A DNA stretch of 64,000 nucleotides from Octopus sinensis (Eukaryota), in assembly GCF_006345805.1 (NCBI RefSeq), contig NC_043008.1, positions 36,704,001-36,768,000 of the forward strand, read 5' to 3'. Numbering within the stretch: the first letter of the stretch is position 1; each line of letters starts with the position of its first letter. The notes below the pieces were generated by a model. That model was not told the origin of the DNA, made no database searches, and worked only from the letters and a program-made list of their open reading frames with translations. This document shows, in pieces, positions 11,851 through 23,890 of this stretch. Both the position numbers and the translations under genes were made by a program.

Positions 11851-12639
11851 TGTAGTGGCTATACTCACACACACGCACACACATACACGAACACACACAC
11901 ACATGGCTTCTTTCTGTTTCATTCTATCAAATCAACTTACAAAACATTAGTTATCCTAGAGCTATAGTATCCTGAGCTTACCACAGATGATATGCAGGAG
12001 AAGTGAATCTGTAAGTTGTGTTGGGAAGTGAATTCTGAACCAGAGAAGTATGTGTTTGCCTGTCATATAAATGTAGAGTCAGTCTGTGAATGAAAAGAAT
12101 GGAATTGGTATTGTGCTACACATGTTTCAAAAAGTGCACTGAATGCATATTTTGTGGCGACTTTATTACTACTAAGGATTTCTGAGTGACAAGTAGCAAG
12201 TACCCGATCACAAAGAACACTGACTAATTATGTAACACGTTAAAGTTACATAATATGAATCTGGTGTGCCTTTCGAAATACATGTAGTATGTAACCACCT
12301 ATTCCACTCCTTTCATTCACAAACTTAATTATCACATAATAAGCAACCTTTATCTCTTCATACTGGAGTTGTATAGTAGTTGATATCTTATTGGAATTTC
12401 TGTTTAATATAGAATTGGATGAAGTGTATTGGATACAGTAATTAATAATCTTTAGAGATTGATTATCATTTCATTTGTGCTATCTATACTAGCCTTTTCT
12501 ATACTGGAGGCTGACCAACTCTTTTTATCATGATCAGTTGTATCACACTTGTTCGTTATGTGTGTGTGTGTGTGTGTATGTGTGTGTGGTGTGTGTGTGT
12601 GTGTGTATGTATGTATGCATCTGTTTGTTACAAAGGAAG

Positions 12640-13278
12640 GGTACATGCCAGATACATGAAGAGAGGAAAGATACTGTATGTTGAGGTTTAACTATATTCA
12701 GTAATGAGAGGATCAGAGGTGTGGGACATTCCTTATTGTAAAGGCACTGTGTTAGAACAAATACCTTTTGTAAATGTCATGCAAGGGTCCAACTGTTGAA
12801 GTTCATAGCTTTATAGTCAAAAGAGTAATGAAGAAATGAAGGCAGTTAAAACAGTTGGAGTGCCAGATAGATTCACTAGTATGCTCAAGCAGGGGACACA
12901 TTCATCCCTTGTGTCATGAATCATGTAGTTCAGGAAGGTTTCATACACTGTGTTTGACATAGCAGTATTATTGCCCATTGCCTCAAGAGCATATCTCAAG
13001 AAAAAAGAATCTGTATGTTGGTAACAAACTGACAGGCAAGATTATAAAGGTAACAGAAAGAGTTGCTTGGGGGTTGTACTTATTGGAGCATATACTCAAG
13101 GGAGATAAGTACATCAGATGTTAGTAATTAAGAGCATAACCCTGTATCTATTATTTGTCTAGGGAATGTCTTTGACATTGTACGATGCTCTGCAGTCTGA
13201 TGTTTACTTAAAAAGCTGGGTGTGGAAGAATGGCTTATGAAAGGTTTGCGAGCTATGTACAGAGATGCTGTCATCAAT
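12640..13278 (+). pseudogene. Heavily degraded RTE-clade reverse transcriptase fragment
   Basis: The 3' part translates LGNVFDIVRCSAV*CLLKKLGVEEWLMKGLRAMYRDAV, homologous to the DLKKAFD...GIDEWLVRAVQAMYRD segment at 54350-54460. Confidence 0.7.
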
Positions 13279-13288
13279 TCTCAATTAA

Positions 13289-13532
13289 CCCTTATTTTTA
13301 TCATATTTCTTTTGAAATACACTTCCTTTCTTTCCATTAATTATTAAAATAATGAAGAAAAATAATTAAGAAAAATAATTTAGAAAATTAATCTTATCAT
13401 CATTAAGTTGGTATTTGGAACATACATTTACAGAAAATTTTGATGGAAAGTTGAATTTAGATTACTTTGAGAAAAGACAGTTGTATCATAAAATCAGGAG
13501 GGATAGTCTCAAGTGGATTGGTATCAAAAGAG
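13289..13532. mobile_element. piggyBac-like MITE (family B)
   Basis: TTAA at 13285-13288 and 13533-13536, CCCTT start, GGTATCAAAAGAG end, body similar to the other family-B copies. Confidence 0.7.
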
Positions 13533-13810
13533 TTAAATCTTTCATGATAAGTATTTTTGTGTACCCATCATACCAAGTCTCAGGATGATATAAGCAAATT
13601 GTTGTTTGTCTTACTTAAGTAGAGTATAATACTGAATATTGAAATTAAACTATTTTTCGCTAAATGTTCTTCAATTAAATTACATTAATTTTTGTGGTTT
13701 CATTAATATTTGTCAATAATTGCATTATTACTCTAAGTAAAATTTTCTTGTTCAAACATATAATTTAAAAGAGCAAAATATTCTCTCTACTGTCATCATC
13801 ATCACCATCG

Positions 13811-13844
<34 letters not shown>

Positions 13845-13903
13845 TGTTGTCATCACATCATCATTGTAATCATCATCATCATCATTGACATCACCATCAT
13901 CAC

Positions 13904-13939
<36 letters not shown>

Positions 13940-13999
13940 TATCATTGTCATCATTATCCTCATCATCACCAGCAGCAGCAGCATTGGTTTACATCTGCC

Positions 14000-15450
14000 C
14001 TCCTTGCTAGCACGAGAGTGTGTTGATTTTGTTGTTGGTGTTGGTGCTGGTTGGTGACAGTTGGGATGTGATGTATGGATTTAGGGGGGTTGGGTATGAG
14101 TCTTTTTGGTTTTCTCTTCTTCCTTTGGAGTTGTTGTTGGTGGTAGTGGTGATGGTGTTATTTCTGTTCTTGGTGACACTGGTGGTGGCATTGTTTGGTT
14201 GGGCTGGCTTGTTGGTTGCTGATGTTCCTTCATTTGTTTGTAGAGCTGTTTAATTAGTTGAGCATATGGCAGTGTGGGTAGCAGTGCTGTCTTTTTTTTG
14301 GTTTTCTTGTGGTTGTTGTTGTTGTTCATGATCTTGTTGTTGTCGTTGTTGTTGCTGTTGTTGTTCCTGTGCTAGTGGGCAACTGGTTTTCAGGTGTGAT
14401 TTGCTACCTCAAACGTAGCAACTTGGTTTTCTGCCTTCGACAGCCACATGCAAATTTGAATCATCTGTCAGTTTGATTTGATGTGGAAGTTTTTCAAAGT
14501 TGATTGGATCAATGTGAGCAAGGATTTCCACTCCTTGACCAATCCAATTTTGCTGGTCCAGGACAGCAATTTCCAAGATATGGATTTTCTTCTCGATATC
14601 GCAACAAATGGCAGATACAAGCCATTTTATTTTTATCTCAGGAGGCACTTTTTTATTTTTATTTTTGTGACCCTACGACCAAGGTATGTAGGGATCATCA
14701 TTAAGTTGTTGCATTCAAAGAACTTTGTAGAGCAGTCCTTGGCTCATTCTTCACTGTTGAATCTAACTTTGTGGCAAATTTTTTTCCCTTCATGATGTAG
14801 TCTTTAAAAGCCCATATGGGCCTCAAACATTTTTCTACTGTTTCTTGGGTGGCAGTTTCGTATTTTTTTTTGTGTTTAGGGTGAGTATCTTGTGAATAAT
14901 AGTTTTTTTTTTAAATTTCTTCTGTGATTTTTTTGTGGTGTCTATAGTTGTATGGTGTGTTCGTCTTTTTTAAACATTGCCTTGCAAGCAAGCAGTTCTT
15001 CCTTTGAAAAGGACATGATTCTTTTCTTCGGCTTTAAAGCTGTGGCAAAATTGTTTTGAGTGTTCCTGTTGGTTGTGGTGATGATGGCGGTAGTGGTGGT
15101 GGCAGTGTTTATAGTAGTAAACGTCTTTATGTCTTTGTTTGTATCTTCTAAAGCATATGCACTTTCAAGCAGAATGACTTTGTTTTCAGCTTCCCTCACC
15201 TCTAGCTTTGATGGAGGCAGGAAGTCAATGGCATGTTGGTTCGATTTAGCCATTTTCAGTTAGAATATGGCAAGGAAACCGAAGAAAATTTAAAAAATTT
15301 TGGAAATTCTCCCCAAGTGGGGTAATTTCCTATTACAAGATTTACTGGGGTTGAAGGAGATGAAGTTAGACATCTCTTTCACAAAAAATATTTCATAAAT
15401 AAACAGTTTTTCTACACAAAAAAGCCAGCTTACTTGGAGCCGATCTATTT
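14000..15450 (-). pseudogene. Decayed gag-like ORF1 of an L1/Tx1-type non-LTR retroelement
   Basis: ORFs 14942..15253 and 14409..14648 link through frameshifts. The segment EGRKPSCYV*GSKSHLKTSC is a CX2CX4HX4C zinc knuckle with the second Cys mutated to TGA, followed by Q/T/P-rich low-complexity sequence. Boundaries are approximate. Confidence 0.7.
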
Positions 15451-15474
15451 ACAGTCCATTCACGTCAGAGATAG

Positions 15475-15655
15475 AAAGAAAGATAGATAGATAGACAGAT
15501 AGATAGATAAAAAGATAGTTAGTTAAATAGATAGATAGATAGATAGATAGATAGAATGATAGATAGATAGATAAATAGATAGGTAGATAGATAGATAGAT
15601 AGATAGGTAGATAGATAGGTAGATAGATAGATAGATAGATAGAAGATAGATAGAT
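15475..15655. repeat. (TAGA)n tetranucleotide microsatellite
   Basis: Read directly; a complementary (TCTA)n tract lies at about 22540-22650. Confidence 0.95.
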
Positions 15656-16240
15656 GTTGATTAAGTGATTGTAGCAATTTGCAGTAAGAAATATTTCAAT
15701 GTTACTGAATAAGGACAAAGGCTACTCGGTATTTATTGTCTTGTTACAACATGGCTAGATCTTATTGCTTTTGTCTCCTAAATATTGCGTGTACATGCAT
15801 GTGTATGTATATGTGTGAATGTGTGTGTGTACCTGTGTGTGTTGTGGGTATTATTAAAAACCTGAACAGTACTCCAGACTTAGGATTTTTATTGAGGATA
15901 ATTTTCTTTTGGTTATATTTTTTTCCTAAGTCCTTTATATATTGTCTGGGAGAATAAAAGTTTTCTTAGGTCTATTGATGTCGCAAGGTTCTTTTTTTGA
16001 TCTTTTCTTGTGGTTGAAGTTGTTATTAGTAACCACTAATAACAATTTCAGCCAGATCAAGAAATCCTTGAAACATCAATGGAGTGGAAGAAAGAAAAAA
16101 ACAAAAAAAAAACAAGAAAACTTTATTGTTCCAAACAAACTCTAAAGGACTTACATGAAAATGTATATATATAAAAACAACAAAAAAAAAATCCTCAAAT
16201 ACTGAATAGCATAAAAACTGGATTACTGTTACATTTTTAG

Positions 16241-16306
16241 TTATACACAACATAAATACACTCATAAAATGTATGCGCGTGTGTGTGTGTGTGTGTGTTA
16301 CATACA

Positions 16307-16352
<46 letters not shown>

Positions 16353-16360
16353 TAACTATA

Positions 16361-16398
<38 letters not shown>

Positions 16399-16681
16399 TA
16401 TATATATTATATATATATATATAGTATACTATAGTATATATACATATGTACACACACATCTATATCTATAATCTCTCTATATACAGATGTATGTATTTTT
16501 ATATATGTGTTTCTAAGTATATATATTTGTATATATGTGTGTGTCTCTTTGTTTGTGTGTATATAGATGTATGTGTGTATATATGTATATATATATATAT
16601 ATGCACACACTCACATATAAATTTATGTTATACACAACATAAATACACTCATAAAATGTATGCGCGCGTGTGTGTGTGTGT

Positions 16682-16732
<51 letters not shown>

Positions 16733-16990
16733 TAACTATAGTAATATATATATATATATATATAGTATAAATATAGTATAACTATATAACTATAGTATAT
16801 ATATACATATGTACACACACATCTATATCTATATCTCTCTATATACAGATGTATGTATTTTTATATATGTGTTTCTAAGTATATATATTTGTATATATGT
16901 GTGTGTCTCTTTGTTTGTGTGTATATAGATGTATGTGTGTATATATGTATATATATATATATATATGCACACACTCACATATAAATCTAT
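16241..16990. repeat. Local tandem duplication of about 370-390 bp of microsatellite-rich DNA
   Basis: TTATACACAACATAAATACACTCATAAAATGTATGCGC occurs at 16241 and 16628. The block ...TATACAGATGTATGTATTTT...GCACACACTCACATATAAAT is also present twice. Confidence 0.9.
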
Positions 16991-17722
16991 GTTAGCAGTG
17001 TTGTTAGAGTATGAGTTAGAATGTCCTGTGATATTTTTTCCAGATCTCTGCTTCAATCTTTGTTCTAAAGTACAAATACTACCCAAGGACAATTATACCA
17101 TTCATCCTTTTGGTTGTGGCTTCATAAATGATGTAGTAATCCCGGTCAGTATATTAGTACGAATCAGCAGCAGTGTTGAATGCCATGTCTTGTATGTATG
17201 ACCAAAATTCCAATGACGCAATCTAGTAAAAAAAAAAAAATGGAGAAAAACATTTGCCTCATGAAGGCTTGTTCTGATTATTAAGGCATTTTGGTTAGAT
17301 GCATGACTAACCCTACTTTGAACAGGGCACCACTTTATTGCAGCATTAACCCTTCAGATACCACTGGTACAAATTTTCAGCAGGGTGGTGTATTGGAGCA
17401 GCATGAAATGAAGTGCTTTGTTCAAAGAGTCTGTACACCAGCTGGTACCAGGGTCAACCCCATTATCTAATGATTGTGTGTTCAGTACTCTAATCACTAG
17501 GCTATGTGCCTTGACTAGTGAAAGAAGGCTAAAAGAAAGGTGCAGGTGTGGCTGTGTGGTAAGAAGTTTTTTCCTAATAACAGGGTTCTGGGTTCAGTTC
17601 CACTGCATACCACTTTGGGCAATTGTCTTTTTCTATACATGTGGGGCAGCCAAGGCTTTGTGGATGGATTTTAAGATGGAAATTGATAGAAACCATTTGT
17701 ATATGTATGTTGCTGCCGCTGA

Positions 17723-18058
17723 GACCCCCTTTAGTCATGACTGACCATAGGATTGCACCTAGGAAGTTACCCTCCTTGGCACAAGTCTGGGCAAAGTTGT
17801 TTTTATGGAAGACCAGCAGTCGCCCATGCATACCGGCCTCCCCTTTCCATGCCACCAGTGTTATCGAAGGGAAAGGCAACGACCGATACAGTTTGGCACC
17901 TGTGACGTTGCAACTCATTTCTACAGCTGAGTGAACTGGAGCAACATGAAATAAAGTGTCTTGCTCAAGAACACAACATGCAGCCCGGTCCGGGATTTGA
18001 ACTCACAACCTCGCGATCGTATACTCGACGCTCTAACCACTGAGCCATATACCTTCAC
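17723..18058 (-). mobile_element. tRNA-derived SINE
   Basis: Minus-strand head GTGAAGGTATATGGCTCAGTGGTTAGAGCG...GAGTTCAAATCCCGG, then CTTGAGCAAGACACTTTATTTCA..TTGCTCCAGTTCACTCAGCTGTAGAAATGAG. Confidence 0.85.
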
Positions 18059-18128
18059 TATATGTATGCATGTATACATATAATAATACACATACAATAC
18101 ACACATGCACCCCCCCACACACACACAT

Positions 18129-18380
18129 GTAAAGGCACATGGCTCAGTGGTTAGAACATTGGGCTTACAATTGTAGGATTGTGAATTTGATTCTCAGACC
18201 AGACTATGTGTTGTGTTCTTGAGCAAGACACTTTATTTTATGTTGCTCCAGTTCACTCAGATGTAGAAATGAGTTACAATGTTACTAGTGCCAAGCTGTT
18301 TCAGCCTTTGCCTTTCCTTTTTCTTTGGACAACATTAGCAATTTGGAGAGGGGAAACTGGTATGCTGACTCAAATGAAAT
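18129..18380 (+). mobile_element. tRNA-derived SINE of the same family, inverted relative to 17723-18058
   Basis: GTAAAGGCACATGGCTCAGTGGTTAG...CTTGAGCAAGACACTTTATTTTATGTTGCTCCAGTTCACTCAGATGTAGAAATGAG. Confidence 0.8.
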
Positions 18381-19310
18381 TTTCTTGTATATGGTTCCAT
18401 GATCTGCTGGTGATGTATAATCATCCTTTTCTTGAGTGTTATACCTTTTTTGTTTAATGTAGCATTCACAGCAACCTTTACATGTTATATTGTATATTAA
18501 GTAGCCATATAAATATGAATAGATCTACATATAAACATGTCCAGATTCGTGCTTTGGAGAGGATCTCTCTAGGTGCAATCTGATGGTCTTTATCATTTAC
18601 ACACACATGCATGCACACACACACACACACACATACATATCCAGTATAGTAAAGACATGAAAGTTGTGTGGACTTGAGTGGGAGCCATCTCGGAGTAGGA
18701 TGAAGGAGAAACAAGTGTTACGCTGAAGCTCCAATATGCAGCCCTTGCATTGAAGCCCGTTGAAGAATATAATAAAGACTAGAGTATATAGAAACAGCGA
18801 TGAGGTCAGGTTAACAGTAAGTTAAGGGAATATAAATCAGCAGTAAAAAAACGAAATATGGATCATATAAATGAAATGATGATTGTTAAATACAGCTTTA
18901 TTTGATTCAGCTCATATGTAATAGCGAAAGATCATTTTCAATATACATTCATAATTTGGGCATTGATGCATATGGGGGATAATAATAGGGAAGAAGAATG
19001 CTTTGTAATCCAACTAGAAGTAGCTTGCAGGAGAGGGAGACCAAGATTATTGAGGAAGAGGTGGTGAAAGCTGATCCCAGGAGGCTGACTCTCACAAAAG
19101 ACATGACAAAGGACTGAAACAGGTGGTGTGTGTGTGTATGTGTGAGTCAGTGTACTGGGGGAAACTCATCCAGTTTGTGCATTGCAAGCATTGGAAAGTG
19201 AATATAAAATGATTATAATGATGATATATATATGTATATATATGTATGTATATTAATATATAAACATGTATATATGTGTGTGTATGTGTCTATATATATA
19301 TATATAATAT

Positions 19311-19341
<31 letters not shown>

Positions 19342-20631
19342 GTATGTATATGTATATTTATGTGTGTATCTATATCATTTATATATGTATATGCATGTTG
19401 GATATATTTAAATTTGGATGGCACTCTCTTGGTAATTTATCTTAAGCTATATGCACAAGTGAAGGGCTAATTACAATACACCTGAAGAATTGAGGTATTT
19501 GGTGATAATATATACCAGGCTGTAACATTAATTCAGATATACATGCCTACATATATATATATGTGTGCATGTATGTATATTTATAAATGTATATATGTAT
19601 GTATGCATGTATGTATGTATGTATGTGTATACACACACACATACACGCATATATTTGCAGAGGAAATGTTTAAACATCAATCTGTTGGTAATTCATCTCT
19701 AGTCATATGCTGTAGTGAAAAGTTAATTACAATGTGTATGTATGTATCTATATATTGTGTGTATGTGTGTGTGGTGTTTGTGTGTGGGTATGAACAACCA
19801 GGGTATTAAATGCTAACACATACAGGATTACATAGCATTATGTGCATACAGATATATATATTGATACAGTCTCACAAACTCACATATTGCATATGTTTAA
19901 ACAGACAGCTGCAGTATTATGTGACATGATTTATAGAATATATATGTATTTCTACTAAAGTTAAATACAGCAATCTATTGGAAATAAATAGATTGCAAGC
20001 CACATGCAGTATTACTGTTATATTTCGGTTTGAAATATTTCTGCTGAATAGGTAAAAATAGGTAACTAAAAAAAAAAAAAAAGAAAAAAAAATCAAATAA
20101 TTCTCTGAAGTTCTGAAGGCAATATTTTCAAGAAATAATACAGCAATAAATAAGAAAGAAATAATAAATTAAGCAAGGTAAAAAATGGTATTTTTAATGA
20201 TTTCTTTTCGGCAGTCGACTTATCTCTTGGGATTATACAAACTGTCAAATTATACATACACTGAAATTATTCAGATAAAATTTATCAGCAATAAAATGTA
20301 TTTTCTGGTAGGAATTAGATTGGCTAAAGTTGTTGAATGGATAAAGGTACTGGAGCACTGTTCCTCTACTACACAGATCTTCCAGCTCCATGTCAGACAC
20401 AAGCAAACATTGCTACTACATAGACGTTGCTGGGCAGAACCTAGAGACAGGTTCCTCTAGCTGGAGTAACATGTGCCCTGGTAAATGAATGAATGCATTT
20501 ATTATTGACCTCAAACAGTTGACAGGCAAAGTTGTCTGTGACAGGATTTGAACTAAAGACATAAAGAGTTGTAACAAAGTAACAAATGATACTTTTCTGG
20601 TACTCTACTGCTTTGATATCATTATATCTAC

Positions 20632-21366
20632 ATCATCATCATCCTAGTCAGGTATCGCACTATGCGATGCTGTGGTCGTCATGATGTCTTGCCACATTCT
20701 CCTGTATTCTACCCCATGGACAGCTGAGAATAAAGACAATCCTGTGGCTGTGATGACTTTCAGCCAAGAAGTGAGTGGTCTGCCTCTTTTACGTCTACCG
20801 TTCACCTTGCCAGTTATGATTGTTCACTCAAGTCCATCCTGGTGCATGACGTGGCCAAAGAACTGTAGCTTCCTCTTCATGATGTTTTGCCAAAGCGTCA
20901 TCTTGCAACCAAGCTTTTCTAGTACCCACTTGTTCATCCTTCTCTCCGTCCACAACACTCTAAGGCAGTGGTTCTGCCAGTACAGTCCAGGGGTTCCGCT
21001 AGAAGTTACAAAACTGCTAAAATCGGCAGTAATTTTTAATTCTCCTGTGCAGATATGTGTGCCAGTGGAATGTTTCCTTGGGGTTCCGCTCCAGCAAAAA
21101 GTTTGAAAAGCATTGCTCTAAGGATTCACTCTTTTTTCGTCTGCCTTCAAAATTGTCTACGACTCACAGCCGTACAGCGCAGTAGAGAAAGTGGCAGCCC
21201 GAAGTAGCCTTATCTTCAGCAGCATTGATACACCACGACTTTTCCAGATGTTCTTCATATCTTGTACCGCTTGCCTCGCTATTGTGAGCCTTCTCCGTAT
21301 CTCTGGTTTACTCGATCCACTGGTGCTGATTGTGGATCCAAAGTACACAAAATCATCCATTATTAT
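20632..21366 (-). mobile_element. RTE-clade (BovB-like) LINE 3' fragment with (GAT)n tail
   Basis: DDFVYFGSTIS...EIRRRLTIARQA...LKIRLLRAATFSTALYGCES, then after removing the nested MITE, LRVLWTERRMNKWVLEKLG...RKLQFFGHVMHQDGLE*TIITGKVNGRRKRGRPLTSW, ending at a GATGATGAT tail. Confidence 0.9.
20966..21115. mobile_element. hAT (Charlie-like) MITE nested in the RTE fragment
   Basis: Perfect 8-bp TSD CTCTAAGG at 20958-20965 and 21116-21123; imperfect TIRs CAGTGGTTCT and (reverse complement) CAATGCTTTT; 150 bp. Confidence 0.85.
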
Positions 21367-21405
21367 ATTATATTATATCTACATATCATCATTATCATTA
21401 TCATC

Positions 21406-21840
21406 ATTTAATGTCCGCTTTCCATGTTAACATGGATTGAATGGTTTGACTGACGACTGGCTAGCTAGGAGGCTGCACCGGGCTCCTATCTGATCTGGCA
21501 AGGTTTCTACAGCTGGATGCTCTTCCTAATGCCAACCACTCAGAAAGTGTAGTGGGTGCTTTTTACGTGTCACTGGCATTAGCATTGGTCACACTCAAAT
21601 GGTGGTTTTTACATACCACCAGCACGGGTGCAGTCAGGTAACACTGGCATTAACCATACTTGAATGGTGCTTATTACGTGCCACTGTCACTGGTATCCAC
21701 CATGCTTGAAAGGTGCTTTTCATGTACCAATAGCACTGGCATTGGCCACGCTTAAATGGTGCTTCTTACATGCTACCAGCACAGGTGCAGTTAAGTGGCA
21801 TTGACCACACTCGAATGGTGCGTTTTATATGCCACTGGTA
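21406..21840 (-). mobile_element. RTE-type 3' UTR end with expanded internal subrepeats
   Basis: The tail matches the ...CCAACCCATG..AGCATGGAAAGCGGAC..TTAAA..GATGAT family. About six GGTGC..TT..AC..TGCCA units of roughly 46-62 bp lie at 21556-21840. Confidence 0.7.
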
Positions 21841-22569
21841 CATATATTCTATATTCTTTCTAATTTTGGTACAAGGGCAATAATTTTATGGAGAGTGGGT
21901 CAGTTGATTACATCGACCCCACCCTCCAGGGTCCCAATGGTACTGATTTTATTGACCTTGAATGGATGAAAGGCAAAGTCACCCCTGATGACATTTCAGC
22001 TCAGAATGTTAAGCTTGAAGAAATGCCAATTAGCAGGCATGGTTGTGTTATAAGTAGCTTACTTCCACACCACATAATTCCAAGTTCAGTCCCACTGTGT
22101 GGTACCTTGGCCAACTAAAGCCTTGTGAATGGATTTGGCAGATGGAAACTGAAAGAAGCCCATTATATTACTCCCCACCCACTATTGTATGAGATCTGGT
22201 GTTGGTTTGTTTACGCCACCTTAAATGAGCAGTCCAGCAAAAGGAGATCAATGGGATAGATACCAGGCATTGTTTTACTGCTGGACACTCTTTGTGTTGC
22301 TAATCCTTACCTGTTTTTCAAATAAAAGATATCTTATTCCATCTGTGTCTAAAAGTGCAAAGCGAGTTGGTGACTTCTTGACAAAGGAAATGACAAAAAA
22401 TGTCAGCACCTGTAACTGAGTGATTTTTAGAGAAGTACAAATGTAAACAAACACACTCATACATGTGTGCACAGAGTGCAAATGCATATGCTTACATATA
22501 TACATTTATAGCTATACATAGATTGACCATATCTATCTTTATCTGTCTGTCTGTCTGTCTATCTATCTA

Positions 22570-22645
<76 letters not shown>

Positions 22646-22710
22646 ACTAACTATATGCATATATGTGTGTGTATGTGTGTGTGCATATATGTGTGTATAT
22701 ATATGTATAG

Positions 22711-22793
22711 CAAAAACTGTCCGATGAACGGCAACAGGAAACTCAGAGTAACAGGTTTTGTTGAATTTTCTGCTGCTTTAAATAAAGTATATA

Positions 22794-22800
<7 letters not shown>
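22711..22800 (+). mobile_element. Penelope-like terminal fragment containing a degenerate hammerhead-like fold
   Basis: CAAAAACTGT-CCGATGA-ACGGCAACAG-GAAA-CTCAGAG-TA-ACAGGTTTTG followed by AATAAA; embedded in (AT)n. Confidence 0.45.
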
Positions 22801-22848
<48 letters not shown>

Positions 22849-23515
22849 ATGTTTATGTATGTATGTATGTATGTATGTATATATATATATGTATATTTGT
22901 ATGTGAATATTTGTGTATATATATGTGTGTATGTATAAGTCAGAATGTCTATATAAATATGTGTGTGTGTATATATATATTATATTTATGTATAATATAT
23001 ACCTACATACATGTGTGTGTGTGTGTGGGTGAAGTGTATGTGTGTCTACATAATGCATATATATGCATTCACATGTATCAGTTTCTCTAACCATCCATCC
23101 CTTTCTACTTAACTCTGTACACTGTATACACAACTCTACTTGTACCTGTATGCAGGTAGATGGATATGTGTTTTTGTGTGATTCCACAGTCATGCACGAA
23201 CCATATTTATCACTGTATAACATCAGGTTAAAGTTGAACACACCTGCCAATAAGACTGTTGAAGAGTACACACTCTTCCACCACACCCTTTCATCACCAC
23301 CACCACCACCGCCACCACCAGCGCTACTCTTCTCCCATTGCCATTACCACCATAGTCACCTCCACCTACCACCGCCATTGACAACGAAAATGGAATGCAG
23401 AATTAATCAATGGCAGCTAACTCTCCCTCCTTTAGTTTCTCGGTTCCTCACCAAGAATTCGACAATTCTCTCTTCTAACCTGCATGCACTTCCAATGTCA
23501 GAATGATATATATAT

Positions 23516-23600
<85 letters not shown>

Positions 23601-23611
23601 CATACATATAT

Positions 23612-23658
<47 letters not shown>

Positions 23659-23859
23659 TATATATATATATACACACACACACACCCACATTTATATATA
23701 TATAATCAAGAGAGGGAGGAGGAGAATAATATTTTAGTGACAGGAGAAGAGAGAGGGAGAGAGGAAGGTTTTGTGTGAGGAGAGAAAACAGCTAAGAATA
23801 GTGTTGCAGTGACAAGAGAAGAGAGAGATAGAGAGAGAAACGGAGAGAAACAGAGAGAA

Positions 23860-23890
<31 letters not shown>

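Noticed and set aside
20215-20310. Strong plus-strand acceptor followed by RLISWDYTNCQIIHTLK (WD40-like look)
   Set aside because: That frame hits a stop with no donor before it; the similarity is too short to support.
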